A model generated the notes under the pieces. That model was given only the letters and a program-made list of their open reading frames with translations, made no database searches and had not been told where the DNA came from. A stretch of 58,340 nt of DNA from Clostridia bacterium (lineage in GTDB: Bacteria; Bacillota; Clostridia; Christensenellales; UBA1242), in the NCBI GenBank assembly GCA_045637945.1, contig JAZUAI010000048.1, positions 1 to 58,340 of the forward strand, written 5' to 3'. The position numbers and the translations under genes were made by a program. This document shows, in pieces, positions 18,828 through 27,317 of the stretch; position 1 is the first letter of the stretch, and each line of letters begins with the position of its first letter.

Positions 18828-18897
18828 GATATTAAGAACAATGTTTTACATTTATAGCAAATTAAATATATAATATAAATAATAGGAGAAAAACAAA

Positions 18898-19905
18898 ATG
18901 TTTTACGAAGTAGATAAAAAAGAATACAGATCGTTAAAAGGCTTTCAAACACAAAGAGCCATTAAATATATAAAGGACACCTTTCAACAACACCTTTGCA
19001 AAAACTTAAACCTTCTTAGAGTTTCTGCCCCACTTTTTGTTACAAAAGAATCTGGCTTAAACGATGACTTAAGTGGCGTTGAAAAGAAAGTTGAATTTGA
19101 ACTTAAAACAGACAAATCTAAAAAACTTGAAATTGTTCAATCTCTTGCAAAATGGAAAAGAATGGCATTGAAAAAATATGGTTTTTGGGAAGATAGTGGT
19201 TTATATACAGATATGAACGCTATAAGAAAAGATGAAGACCTAGACCAATTACACTCTGTTTATGTTGACCAATGGGACTGGGAAAAAGTTATTACTAGAA
19301 AAGAAAGAACTATCCCTTACCTTAAAAAGACAGTTGTTGCAATTTGTGATGCAATTGATCAAACTTGCCAAAAAATTAAAAAACTTTATAAAAGCATTGA
19401 TATTAAGTTTAGGAAAAAACCTTTCTTTATTACAAGCGAAGAATTGTTGCAACTTTATCCTGACTTAACCCCAAAACAAAGAGAAGATGCAATTTGCAAA
19501 AAACACCAAACTGTTTTTATTATGCAAATTGGTGACAAACTTTCAAACGGCAAACCTCATGATGGCAGAGCTCCTGACTATGATGATTGGCAATTAAACG
19601 GAGATTTATTAGTTTATCACCCAGTTTTACATAGAGCTTTTGAACTTTCTTCAATGGGCATTAGAGTTGATTCAATAAGTTTACAAGAACAACTTAAAAA
19701 AGCAAAAAAAGAAGAAAAATTAAAATTTAAATTTCACCAAGATATTGTTGCTGATGCTCTACCACTTTCAATAGGTGGAGGTATTGGACAATCTCGTCTT
19801 TGTATGTTTATTCTTAAAAAAGGTCATATTGGCGAAGTTCAATGTTCTGTTTGGGATGAAGAAAACCTTAAATTTGGCGAAGAAAACGGTTTAACAATTT
19901 TATAA
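18898..19905 (+). CDS. asnA: Aspartate--ammonia ligase (asparagine synthetase A)
   Basis: 335 aa. It has a class II aaRS-like AsnA fold with the C-terminal hallmark GGGIGQSRLCMFILKKGHIGEVQCSVW. Confidence 0.92.
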   Translation: MFYEVDKKEYRSLKGFQTQRAIKYIKDTFQQHLCKNLNLLRVSAPLFVTKESGLNDDLSGVEKKVEFELKTDKSKKLEIVQSLAKWKRMALKKYGFWEDSGLYTDMNAIRKDEDLDQLHSVYVDQWDWEKVITRKERTIPYLKKTVVAICDAIDQTCQKIKKLYKSIDIKFRKKPFFITSEELLQLYPDLTPKQREDAICKKHQTVFIMQIGDKLSNGKPHDGRAPDYDDWQLNGDLLVYHPVLHRAFELSSMGIRVDSISLQEQLKKAKKEEKLKFKFHQDIVADALPLSIGGGIGQSRLCMFILKKGHIGEVQCSVWDEENLKFGEENGLTIL

Positions 19906-19948
19906 TTAAAACTTTAAACTTAAAAACTCATTTTTAAAAAATAAAAAA

Positions 19949-19979
19949 AGATGTTTCAAAACCTGAAGCATCTTTTTTA
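19949..19979. terminator. Bidirectional intrinsic terminator
   Basis: Stem AGATGTTTC/GAAGCATCT (one G-U pair) with A- and T-runs, between convergent gene ends. Confidence 0.7.
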
Positions 19980-19981
19980 TT

Positions 19982-20773
19982 TTATAATCTGCCACCCATT
20001 AAGTTTCCTGAGTTATATTTTTTCAAGCCCATTTTAAATGATACAAACGCAAGTATAACCCACAAAGCAGTAACAGCAACACAAAGCAACATCCACCAAA
20101 TATTTGGCGTTAAAAAGAAGTATTGTGCTGGCACAAAAGTATAGAAGAACGTAGGAATTAAAGTGAAAAACAAACCCCTAACAATAAAATTAAAAATTCC
20201 TGGTGGATAGTTTGCAGCTTTGTTCATTGTTCCTTCAACAGATTTTGCTACAGCGTCTCCCCTTTTAATATAAAAACACAAAGAAACAAAAGTTACATAT
20301 ACGCTTACATAAATTAAACCAGCCATAATAATAACAGGTATTATAAGCAAGAACCAATACCAAGGAGCGCCAATTAAAAACAAAACCACATAAACATAAA
20401 ATATATCACCTATCGCAGAAACATCTGTTGCTGAGCAAGCAACGTTTAATAAAACGTTTTTAGGTTGAGTTAAATATACATCTAACTTGCCTTCATAAAC
20501 AATATCTTTTATATTCCATGCGCCACCAAAGAAAGCGTGTGAAACACCAAAGCCACCAGCTGCAATAGCCCACAACAACATTGTTTCATTAAACCCATAG
20601 CCACCAATATTATCAACAAGGTTGAAAATGATATACCATTGAATTATAAAAAACAAGTCGTTTAAAATCATCATTACTATTTGCATAAAAAATGATGGTT
20701 TATATTTCCACTCTTTTTTAATATTTAACTTATAATAATTAAAAATTAACTTAAAATTATTCTTAACCCCCAT
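19982..20773 (-). CDS. ABC-2 family transporter permease (uncharacterised three-component system)
   Basis: 263-aa protein with about six TM helices. It is last in an overlapping ATPase-permease-permease operon. Confidence 0.7.
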   Translation of the reverse strand: MGVKNNFKLIFNYYKLNIKKEWKYKPSFFMQIVMMILNDLFFIIQWYIIFNLVDNIGGYGFNETMLLWAIAAGGFGVSHAFFGGAWNIKDIVYEGKLDVYLTQPKNVLLNVACSATDVSAIGDIFYVYVVLFLIGAPWYWFLLIIPVIIMAGLIYVSVYVTFVSLCFYIKRGDAVAKSVEGTMNKAANYPPGIFNFIVRGLFFTLIPTFFYTFVPAQYFFLTPNIWWMLLCVAVTALWVILAFVSFKMGLKKYNSGNLMGGRL

Positions 20774-21560
20774 TTACATTCACCTTCTTTGTTCCTAAAT
20801 TGTAAATTAAAAAGCCAAGAGAAATAAAAATTATTACATAAATTATTTGTGAAATAGATACATTTAAAAATAAATCCCAACTAAAATTTGCCATAAGTTT
20901 GCAAGGCCCACTCATCATAGCATATACAGGACTATAACTAATTATAGGTTGCAACCATACTGGGAAAAATTCTGGTGGAAAGAACAAACCAAACAACATT
21001 TGAAATTTTTGAACTATCCAAGCAAAAGGAGTTGCCTCTTCTATCCAAAAAGTTAACAAACCCACTGAGCCATATATAACGCAAGTTAATATGATTGCAA
21101 AAAATAAACTAATAGCAAGTGGTAAAACATATAACACACTAAAGTTTTGTATTGGACCTAATAAAACAAGCCCCATAATAATTCCTGTTGGAACTAAGAA
21201 AACCAACTTCCATACAATTTCGCCAAGTTGAGAAAAAACCTGATACATAAAGTAGTTATATGGTTTGTTTAACTGATATGCAATTTTGCCTGATTTGATA
21301 TCGTTACTAAAAGCCCTTGTTATAACACGAGCATTTACAGAATACATTAAAACTTCTGCCATAATCATATACCAAATCATCATTTGAATTGTATATCCAT
21401 TAATTAAAGTTCCACCACCATTACCACCATAAATGAATTGCCATAATTGTTGGAAAATATAAATAATTACTACAAAAGATACAACAGAAGTAAGAGAGTT
21501 TGCTAAGGTCTTACTCTCTTGCTTAAAACTTGTTGAATATATGTTTAAGTATTTATTCAT
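20763..21560 (-). CDS. ABC-2 family transporter permease
   Basis: 265-aa polytopic protein. It overlaps both neighbours (11 nt and 8 nt). Confidence 0.7.
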   Translation of the reverse strand: MNKYLNIYSTSFKQESKTLANSLTSVVSFVVIIYIFQQLWQFIYGGNGGGTLINGYTIQMMIWYMIMAEVLMYSVNARVITRAFSNDIKSGKIAYQLNKPYNYFMYQVFSQLGEIVWKLVFLVPTGIIMGLVLLGPIQNFSVLYVLPLAISLFFAIILTCVIYGSVGLLTFWIEEATPFAWIVQKFQMLFGLFFPPEFFPVWLQPIISYSPVYAMMSGPCKLMANFSWDLFLNVSISQIIYVIIFISLGFLIYNLGTKKVNVNGG

Positions 21561-22530
21561 CTTTCCCCCTATATATGTCTTTTATAATATCTTCAAGTGG
21601 TGTGCTTGAAATTGAAATATCTTGCAAATCTTCTGTTGAGAACAAACTCATCAATTCTTCTATGGTTGTTTTACTCATATCAACTTCAATTTTATATAAT
21701 GTATCTTTTGCTTTTAAAACTTTTATTCCATCTTTTTCTTTTATCTTTACATTTTTCTTTAAGTTTACATCTACAATTTTTTTGTTTAAATAATGATATT
21801 TTAAATTTTTCATACTATCATCTAAAACAATTTTTCCATTGTTTATAATAATAACACGCTTACAAACTTCTTCTATATCTCCTACGTCGTGAGATGTAAA
21901 AAAGATTGTTGTGCCAAGTTCTTTATTTATCTTTTTAATCAATTTGCGTAAAGTTTCTTTTGCAATAGGATCTAAACCAATTGTTGGTTCATCAAAGAAT
22001 AACATTTTTGGGCTATGTAACAAGCTTGCTACTATTTCACACTTTATTCTTTGACCCAAGCTTAAACTTTTAACAGGTTGATACATATAATCTTTGATTT
22101 CAAAAATTGTTGATAATTCTTCAATTCTCTCTAATAATTTATTCTTTTCAATATCATATATACTGCCAAAAAATTTAAAGTTTTCATATGGTGACAAATG
22201 CACCCATAATTGCTCTTTTTGACCAAAAACTGAACCAATTTGATAAGAAAGTTTCACCCTTTCTTTGCTAGGATTAAAACCCAAAACTTTTATTTCTCCA
22301 TCGGTTGGATATAAAATTCCAGTAAGCATTTTAATTGTTGTTGATTTTCCAGCACCGTTTGGACCAATAAAAGCAAGAGTCTCGCCTTCTGCAACTTCAA
22401 AAGAAATATCATTTACTGCATTTTTAATTTGTTTTTGTCTTTTAAATAAATATTTTTTACCATTAGGCTTTACAGCCCTTTTCTTCGTTATAAACTCTTT
22501 TCTTAAATTTTTAACCTCAATAACATTCAT
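21553..22530 (-). CDS. ABC transporter ATP-binding protein
   Basis: Walker A GPNGAGKST, signature LSLGQ, Walker B LFFDEPT. The start is set at MNVIEVKNL (ATG 22530), which has a GAGGAGAG SD. The longer ORF-track start runs into the upstream terminator T-run. Confidence 0.9.
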   Translation of the reverse strand: MNVIEVKNLRKEFITKKRAVKPNGKKYLFKRQKQIKNAVNDISFEVAEGETLAFIGPNGAGKSTTIKMLTGILYPTDGEIKVLGFNPSKERVKLSYQIGSVFGQKEQLWVHLSPYENFKFFGSIYDIEKNKLLERIEELSTIFEIKDYMYQPVKSLSLGQRIKCEIVASLLHSPKMLFFDEPTIGLDPIAKETLRKLIKKINKELGTTIFFTSHDVGDIEEVCKRVIIINNGKIVLDDSMKNLKYHYLNKKIVDVNLKKNVKIKEKDGIKVLKAKDTLYKIEVDMSKTTIEELMSLFSTEDLQDISISSTPLEDIIKDIYRGKDE

Positions 22531-22553
22531 TTTTTCTCTCCTCTTTTTAAAAT

Positions 22554-22593
22554 AAAAAAACACTATTGCTAAAAAAATACTCTTGCAACAGTG
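22554..22593 (-). terminator. Intrinsic terminator in the leader of the ABC-2 operon
   Basis: The minus strand reads CACTGTTGC, a 15-nt loop, GCAATAGTG (9 bp, one G-U pair), then T7. It ends about 24 nt upstream of the ATPase start codon. Confidence 0.65.
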
Positions 22594-22628
22594 TCGTGAA
22601 TCTTTTAATCATTATTTAAACTTATAAA

Positions 22629-22781
22629 TTAAAAATTTCTATTTAATAAATATAAACCATTTAGTTTAAGAGATTTGTTAAAATTATGACCTGCGCAAAA
22701 AAGAATATGTCTATCGCAAAGATATTCGTTAGACACAAATTTATTCCATTTATATTCAATTGTAGGCATAAATTTTTTCAC
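22629..22781 (-). CDS. Candidate small ORF (50 codons, GTG start) in the ABC-2 operon leader
   Basis: An AGGAGA SD lies 8 nt before the GTG. My hand translation is (V)KKFMPTIEYKWNKFVSNEYLCDRHILFCAGHNFNKSLKLNGLYLLNRNF, which contains C-x2-H-x3-C-x2-H. It is not in the ORF track. Coding status is uncertain. Confidence 0.3.
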   Translation of the reverse strand: MKKFMPTIEYKWNKFVSNEYLCDRHILFCAGHNFNKSLKLNGLYLLNRNF

Positions 22782-22990
22782 TTTTTATTTCTCCTATACG
22801 CAGGCATAATAACACATAAAAAAATAAAAATCAATGCCTTTTTCTCTATTTAGCTATTTTTGTTGCTTTTTATTTTAAAAAACTAGATAATGAATTTGAT
22901 ATTACAATTTAAAATTTTGGGGTGAAAGATGATATTTCAACCCAAATTATTTGAAACAAAAAGTAATTTTTAATCATAAGAGGTAAAAAT

Positions 22991-23524
22991 ATGTATAGTA
23001 AAATTGAAACAGAAAGACTTATTTTGCGCGAATGGAAAATGGAAGATATTGATATTTTGGTTGATGGTTTAAATCACTTTGACACTGCAAAAAATTTAAC
23101 TGTGCCTTTTCCATACACAAAAGACCATGCAATAGCATTTATTCAAAAACACTTAAAAAACAATAAAGAAAGTATGTGCTTTGCTATAACTTTAAAAGAA
23201 ACAAACCAAGTTATTGGAGGAACTAGCCTTGATTTTTATAAAGACCTACAAAAATATAAAGGTGGAATTTGGTTGCACAGAGACTTTACAAAAAAAGGCT
23301 ATGGAACAGAAACTTGGAGAGCAAGAGCAAAATTCGCTTTTGAAAACTTGAATGTTGATGAACTTCTAAACGGTTTTTATGAGTTTAATAATGCCTCATG
23401 GCATATGCAACAAAAAGTTGGATATAAACAAGTAGGCAAAACAACAAATTTCTGTCCTGCTCTTAAAAGCGAAGTTGTTGAAGTTGTAACAACTCTTAAA
23501 AAAGAAGATTTTATTAAAAATTAA
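22991..23524 (+). CDS. GNAT family N-acetyltransferase (RimJ/RimL-like)
   Basis: 177 aa. The N-terminus is ETERLILREWKMEDID, typical of RimJ/L-like acetyltransferases, and the core contains KKGYGTE. Confidence 0.8.
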   Translation: MYSKIETERLILREWKMEDIDILVDGLNHFDTAKNLTVPFPYTKDHAIAFIQKHLKNNKESMCFAITLKETNQVIGGTSLDFYKDLQKYKGGIWLHRDFTKKGYGTETWRARAKFAFENLNVDELLNGFYEFNNASWHMQQKVGYKQVGKTTNFCPALKSEVVEVVTTLKKEDFIKN

Positions 23525-23612
23525 CATAAAAATTTTAAATACGATTAAAATTGCCATAAAACCCTAAATTTACAAATATTTTGAAACATGATATATAATA
23601 TAAGGATTGAAA

Positions 23613-24734
23613 ATGGATACTGAAAGAAAAACTCAAGTTAGCGAATTAAAAAGCGCTCTTGTTCAAAACTATATAGAAGCAAAACAAGGCGGATATGAAA
23701 ATAAAACTTTGGCCGAGCGAATTGATTTTGTAGCTAAAACTATGGAGTTGACTAGAGAATATTGCTGTTCTTTATGGAATATAGACCCAAATAGTATTTC
23801 TTTGGGTTTTGATTTCCCTTCATTAAACCTTGGAATTCGAAATGAAAAAACTAATAAGGTTGATTCAAGTAGAATTTCCTATTCCTTTTTTGGAGCTATG
23901 ATACATAGACCTGAACTTGTTTATAAAGTTTGCTTACACGAATTAAGACACTCTTACCAAAGAGAACATCGTTTTTCCCCAGAAGCTAAAAGCTATTACT
24001 ATAATGTACCTGCAAATTCAAATACATATCACACTGCTTGGCAAGGTTCTCCTAACGAAATTGGTGCAGATAAATTTGGCTTTAATACAACAATTGAAAT
24101 TATTAAACAAGCCTCCATACAAAATCCTGAAACTGTAAAACCATGTGAACCAGAAGCGCTTTCTGCTCTTGCAAAAACAAATCATTTAACTCATTTGAAA
24201 GCAGCACCAATCGCACCTTTTATTGGAGCTTTTTTTAATGCATGTACAAACACAGCATGGATGTTAGATATAAAAAACCCAACTGAAAATTCTGTTAAAG
24301 AAAATACTTTTTTAACAATAAAAGAAATGCAATATTTAGCAAAAAGCAATCCCGATTTCTTTAATCAAAGATTTCCTGTAAGTTTAGGTAAAAGTGATAG
24401 CGACAAATACGCTCACGAAAAAGAAACTATTGAGAATTTTATGCATTCTGTTAACTATACAAATTTAAGAGAAGAATGCGCAAACTCAACAATACCACAA
24501 ACTGAAAATTTTTTAGAAGACTTATCTATCCAAACTGGCACTCTCACAGTTGAAGAAAGACAAACTGGTGACTTACAAACAATACAAGACAATGTAAATC
24601 TACAATCCAATTTAGAAACAACAAACTCACCTGCCCAACAGGAAGTTTTAGAAACAAATCAATCTACTGCTGCCACACAACAAACAGAAGTAACCACTGC
24701 ACCAACCACAGAAGCCTGCATTACATTAGAATAA
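23613..24734 (+). CDS. Hypothetical HExxH metallopeptidase-like protein with a Thr/Gln-rich tail
   Basis: It has HELRH (HExxH) followed by Q, then SPNEIGADKFGF about 40 aa later. The C-terminus is a low-complexity T/Q/E tract. ATG 23613 is preferred over the TTG at 23607 because an AAGGA SD lies 6 nt upstream of it. Confidence 0.55.
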   Translation: MDTERKTQVSELKSALVQNYIEAKQGGYENKTLAERIDFVAKTMELTREYCCSLWNIDPNSISLGFDFPSLNLGIRNEKTNKVDSSRISYSFFGAMIHRPELVYKVCLHELRHSYQREHRFSPEAKSYYYNVPANSNTYHTAWQGSPNEIGADKFGFNTTIEIIKQASIQNPETVKPCEPEALSALAKTNHLTHLKAAPIAPFIGAFFNACTNTAWMLDIKNPTENSVKENTFLTIKEMQYLAKSNPDFFNQRFPVSLGKSDSDKYAHEKETIENFMHSVNYTNLREECANSTIPQTENFLEDLSIQTGTLTVEERQTGDLQTIQDNVNLQSNLETTNSPAQQEVLETNQSTAATQQTEVTTAPTTEACITLE

Positions 24735-24741
24735 ATATTTT

Positions 24742-24780
24742 AACCTCTAAAATTAAAAGTTTAGAGGTTTTACTTTTTTT
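24742..24780 (+). terminator. Intrinsic terminator
   Basis: 10-bp stem AACCTCTAAA/TTTAGAGGTT followed by TTACTTTTTTT. Confidence 0.7.
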
Positions 24781-24876
24781 ATTCCTATTTATTTGCTTGT
24801 AAAACTTATTTATGTTAAAAAATAAATATAAGTGTTTATAACAAAACAACTTTAAAACAAAAAAAGAGGTATTATT

Positions 24877-25536
24877 ATGGATATTAATGTAAACGGAACT
24901 GGTAAAAAATATTATAAACCAGATCAAATCACTTTAAATTTTGATTTTAATTGCAAAAATACAGATTATGAAGCAACACTTAGCAATGGTGTTGAAAATG
25001 TAACAAACTATCTTGCATTTTTAAATAAACTCGGATTTAAAAAAGAAGAAATTAAAACTCTTTCCTTTAGGGTAACAGAAAGCAGATTTTACAATGAAAC
25101 AATAAAAAAATATGAAAAAGATGGATATTTATTTCAACAAAATGTTAAATTAAAATTTGATTATGACATGGAAAAACTTTCAAAATTAATGGAAGAAACT
25201 TCAAAACTTCAAAACCCACCTCTTTATTATATAAGTTTTAACTTAAAAGATAATAAAACAGCAGAACAAGACCTCATTGGCCTTGCTTATAAAGAAGCAG
25301 AATTTCAAGCTCAAGCAGTTGCAAATGCTGCAGGTAAAAAGCTTAAAGAATGTGCAAAAATCAGTTTTGAACCTTTTACAAGTGCACTTGTATCTCCTAC
25401 TTCTTTTGAAAGAGATATGTGCTTTAAAAAATCTGAAAGGTTTGGCGCATCAACAAGTGAACAAATCCAACAAACTTTTGTTCCTGAAGACATTTTAGTT
25501 ACAAAAACTGTTTATTGCTTGTTTATAGCTGAATAA
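24877..25536 (+). CDS. SIMPL (DUF541) domain protein without a signal peptide
   Basis: 219 aa. The N-terminus INVNGTGKKYYKPDQITLNF matches the typical SIMPL start (..G.G......PD.a.i...). There is no hydrophobic leader. Confidence 0.65.
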   Translation: MDINVNGTGKKYYKPDQITLNFDFNCKNTDYEATLSNGVENVTNYLAFLNKLGFKKEEIKTLSFRVTESRFYNETIKKYEKDGYLFQQNVKLKFDYDMEKLSKLMEETSKLQNPPLYYISFNLKDNKTAEQDLIGLAYKEAEFQAQAVANAAGKKLKECAKISFEPFTSALVSPTSFERDMCFKKSERFGASTSEQIQQTFVPEDILVTKTVYCLFIAE

Positions 25537-25560
25537 TTTTATCTACAATGTTTATTGAAT

Positions 25561-25602
25561 AAAAAAAAAGATATTCGTTATTTTATTGAATATCTTTTTT
25601 TT
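25561..25602. terminator. Bidirectional intrinsic terminator
   Basis: Stem AAGATATTC/GAATATCTT flanked by A9 and T8, between convergent gene ends. Confidence 0.75.
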
Positions 25603-25632
25603 ATTACCTCTTTAAAAATTATATAATACGTT

Positions 25633-25890
25633 TTACTTTTTAGTTTTTTCCAAAGCCTCTCTAACAGCTTTTGCTAGTTGATCAGCACAAGAAGTATCTC
25701 TAAAACCACATGTATTGCCCAAAAGTTTACTTTCAATTTGTTCAACAGTCCAACCATCAACTAATTTTGAAATTGCTTTTAGGTTTCCGTTGCAACCACC
25801 TTCAAAAGATATATTTGTAATTTTATCTCCGTTAATGTCAAAATTTATTACTCTGGCGCAAGTGCCTGATGTTTTATATGAATATTTCAT
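25633..25890 (-). CDS. TSCPD domain protein (four-Cys, TIGR03905-like)
   Basis: 85 aa: MKYSYKTSGTCARVINFDINGDKITNISFEGGCNGNLKAISKLV..NTCGFRDTSCADQLA. Confidence 0.75.
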   Translation of the reverse strand: MKYSYKTSGTCARVINFDINGDKITNISFEGGCNGNLKAISKLVDGWTVEQIESKLLGNTCGFRDTSCADQLAKAVREALEKTKK

Positions 25891-26038
25891 TTTTATTTCT
25901 TCCCTTTTTGTTTTATATTTTAATTATAATTATAAAAAACCATTTATGCAATAAATACAATAAACTTTTTAAATTTGTTTAAAAATTGAATATTATTATG
26001 TTATAATACCTTTGTTTTTAAAAGGAAAACAATAAAAA

Positions 26039-26443
26039 ATGAAGATTTTAACAATATGTTCAAAAGCGTTTTACAATAAAATTGCTGATATTAAAAAGAT
26101 TTTGGAAAACAATGGACACGAAATATTTTTGCCAAATTGCTACGACTTCCCTGAAACAGAAGCTCTTTATCGTGGAACAGAAAAACATGCTGAATTTAAA
26201 GCAAAAATGTTTAGACAAAGCGAAGAAACTATTTCTAAAATGGATGCTGTTTTAGTTTTAAATTACGATAAAAACGGTCAAAAGAATTATATTGGCGGTG
26301 CTACATTTCTTGAAATTTATGATGCTTTTAGATTAAATAAAAAGATATATTTTATAAATGAGATCCCTGAAGGCATTTTAAAAGATGAACTTATTGGCTT
26401 TAACCCAACAATTATAAATGGAGATTTAAGTTTGGTTAAATAA
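26039..26443 (+). CDS. Nucleoside 2-deoxyribosyltransferase-like (SLOG/NDT-fold) small protein
   Basis: 134 aa. The pattern is MKILTICS..(helix)..GHEIFLP...MDAVLVLNYDKNG...YIGGATFLEIYDAFRLNKKIYF. The Gly-rich loop plus Glu resembles the NDT catalytic region. This is pattern-level evidence only. Confidence 0.4.
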   Translation: MKILTICSKAFYNKIADIKKILENNGHEIFLPNCYDFPETEALYRGTEKHAEFKAKMFRQSEETISKMDAVLVLNYDKNGQKNYIGGATFLEIYDAFRLNKKIYFINEIPEGILKDELIGFNPTIINGDLSLVK

Positions 26444-26502
26444 TATTAAAAATGTAATTTGAAATATTTTTTTATATTTTTGCAATAATTAAAAATAATA
26501 AG

Positions 26503-26531
26503 TTGACAACAATTTTGATTTGTGATAAAGT
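26503..26531 (+). promoter_or_regulatory. Sigma-A promoter of the tRNA Gly-Arg-His cluster
   Basis: TTGACA at 26503-26508, a 17-nt spacer, and an extended -10 TGATAAAGT ending at 26531. Confidence 0.55.
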
Positions 26532-26580
26532 TTATAAGCATTGGTAAGCAAGTTTTAATTTACTTACTGATTTGCAACTT

Positions 26581-26654
26581 TGCGGGTGTAGCTCAGTGGT
26601 AGAGCTCCAGCCTTCCAAGCTGGCTGCGAGGGTCCGATTCCCTTCACCCGCTCC
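26581..26654 (+). tRNA. tRNA-Gly (anticodon TCC)
   Basis: GCGGGTG-TA-GCTCAGTGGTAGAGC, anticodon stem CCAGC/GCTGG with loop CTTCCAA, discriminator T, CCA encoded. Confidence 0.9.
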
Positions 26655-26721
26655 AAATTAAACTTATTTAATTTGGCATAATAATTTTAGTTTTTTATAT
26701 TAAAAACACCTACTATTGTAT

Positions 26722-26798
26722 GTTTCAGTAGCTCAGTTGGATAGAGCACCGCCCTTCTAAGGCGGGTGTCGGGGGTTCGAATCCCTCCTGGAACACCA
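26722..26798 (+). tRNA. tRNA-Arg (anticodon TCT)
   Basis: Acceptor GTTTCAG/CTGGAAC, D arm GCTCAGTTGGATAGAGC, anticodon stem CCGCC/GGCGG with loop CTTCTAA, T loop TTCGAAT, CCA. Confidence 0.88.
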
Positions 26799-26859
26799 TT
26801 TTTGTTTTATAGGTTATTTGTTAAAGTTTTAACAGTTTCCTTTTAACGAAAACCCCCTT

Positions 26860-26937
<78 letters not shown>

Positions 26938-26944
26938 TAAAAAG

Positions 26945-26977
26945 AAAAATCACTTAGTTTTTACTAAGTGATTTTTT
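26945..26977. terminator. Bidirectional intrinsic terminator
   Basis: 12-bp stem AAATCACTTAGT/ACTAAGTGATTT with a 4-nt loop and T-run. It lies after tRNA-His and also after the convergent small ORF. Confidence 0.8.
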
Positions 26978-27182
26978 ATTTATTATCATCTATTAAAGTT
27001 TCACTTTCTAAATTATCTAATTTAGATTTTTCTTCCTTTTCACACGCTTCACGATAATTTGCCAACTGTTCCATTGTTAAAGGAAATGGAAATATCTTTC
27101 CTTTTACTGTGATTATTGCCTTCATCTCGTCCTGAGTTCTCTCTTTGTGTTGAGCATTCACCTCTTCCTTCTTGTTTTCCAT
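26976..27182 (-). CDS. Hypothetical small acidic protein
   Basis: 68-aa ORF with a GGAG SD (plus CTCC at 27190-27193). I recognise no family. Confidence 0.45.
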   Translation of the reverse strand: MENKKEEVNAQHKERTQDEMKAIITVKGKIFPFPLTMEQLANYREACEKEEKSKLDNLESETLIDDNK

Positions 27183-27317
27183 TTAAAAACTCCTTATCTT
27201 TATCCACATTATATTTTGTTTTAGTTTTTGAGTCAATTTTTTAAAAGTTTATTAAAAGGTTATTTTGCATAAAAATATAAAAACTTCTCAAACTATTATT
27301 GAAAGGGGGTTTATAAT

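Noticed and set aside
26722-26798. Possible amber-suppressor tRNA. On a first pass I read the anticodon loop as TTCTAAG, giving anticodon CTA.
   Set aside because: When the anticodon stem is re-registered as CCGCC/GGCGG, the canonical 7-nt loop is CTTCTAA with U33 and A37. The anticodon is then TCT, an ordinary tRNA-Arg.
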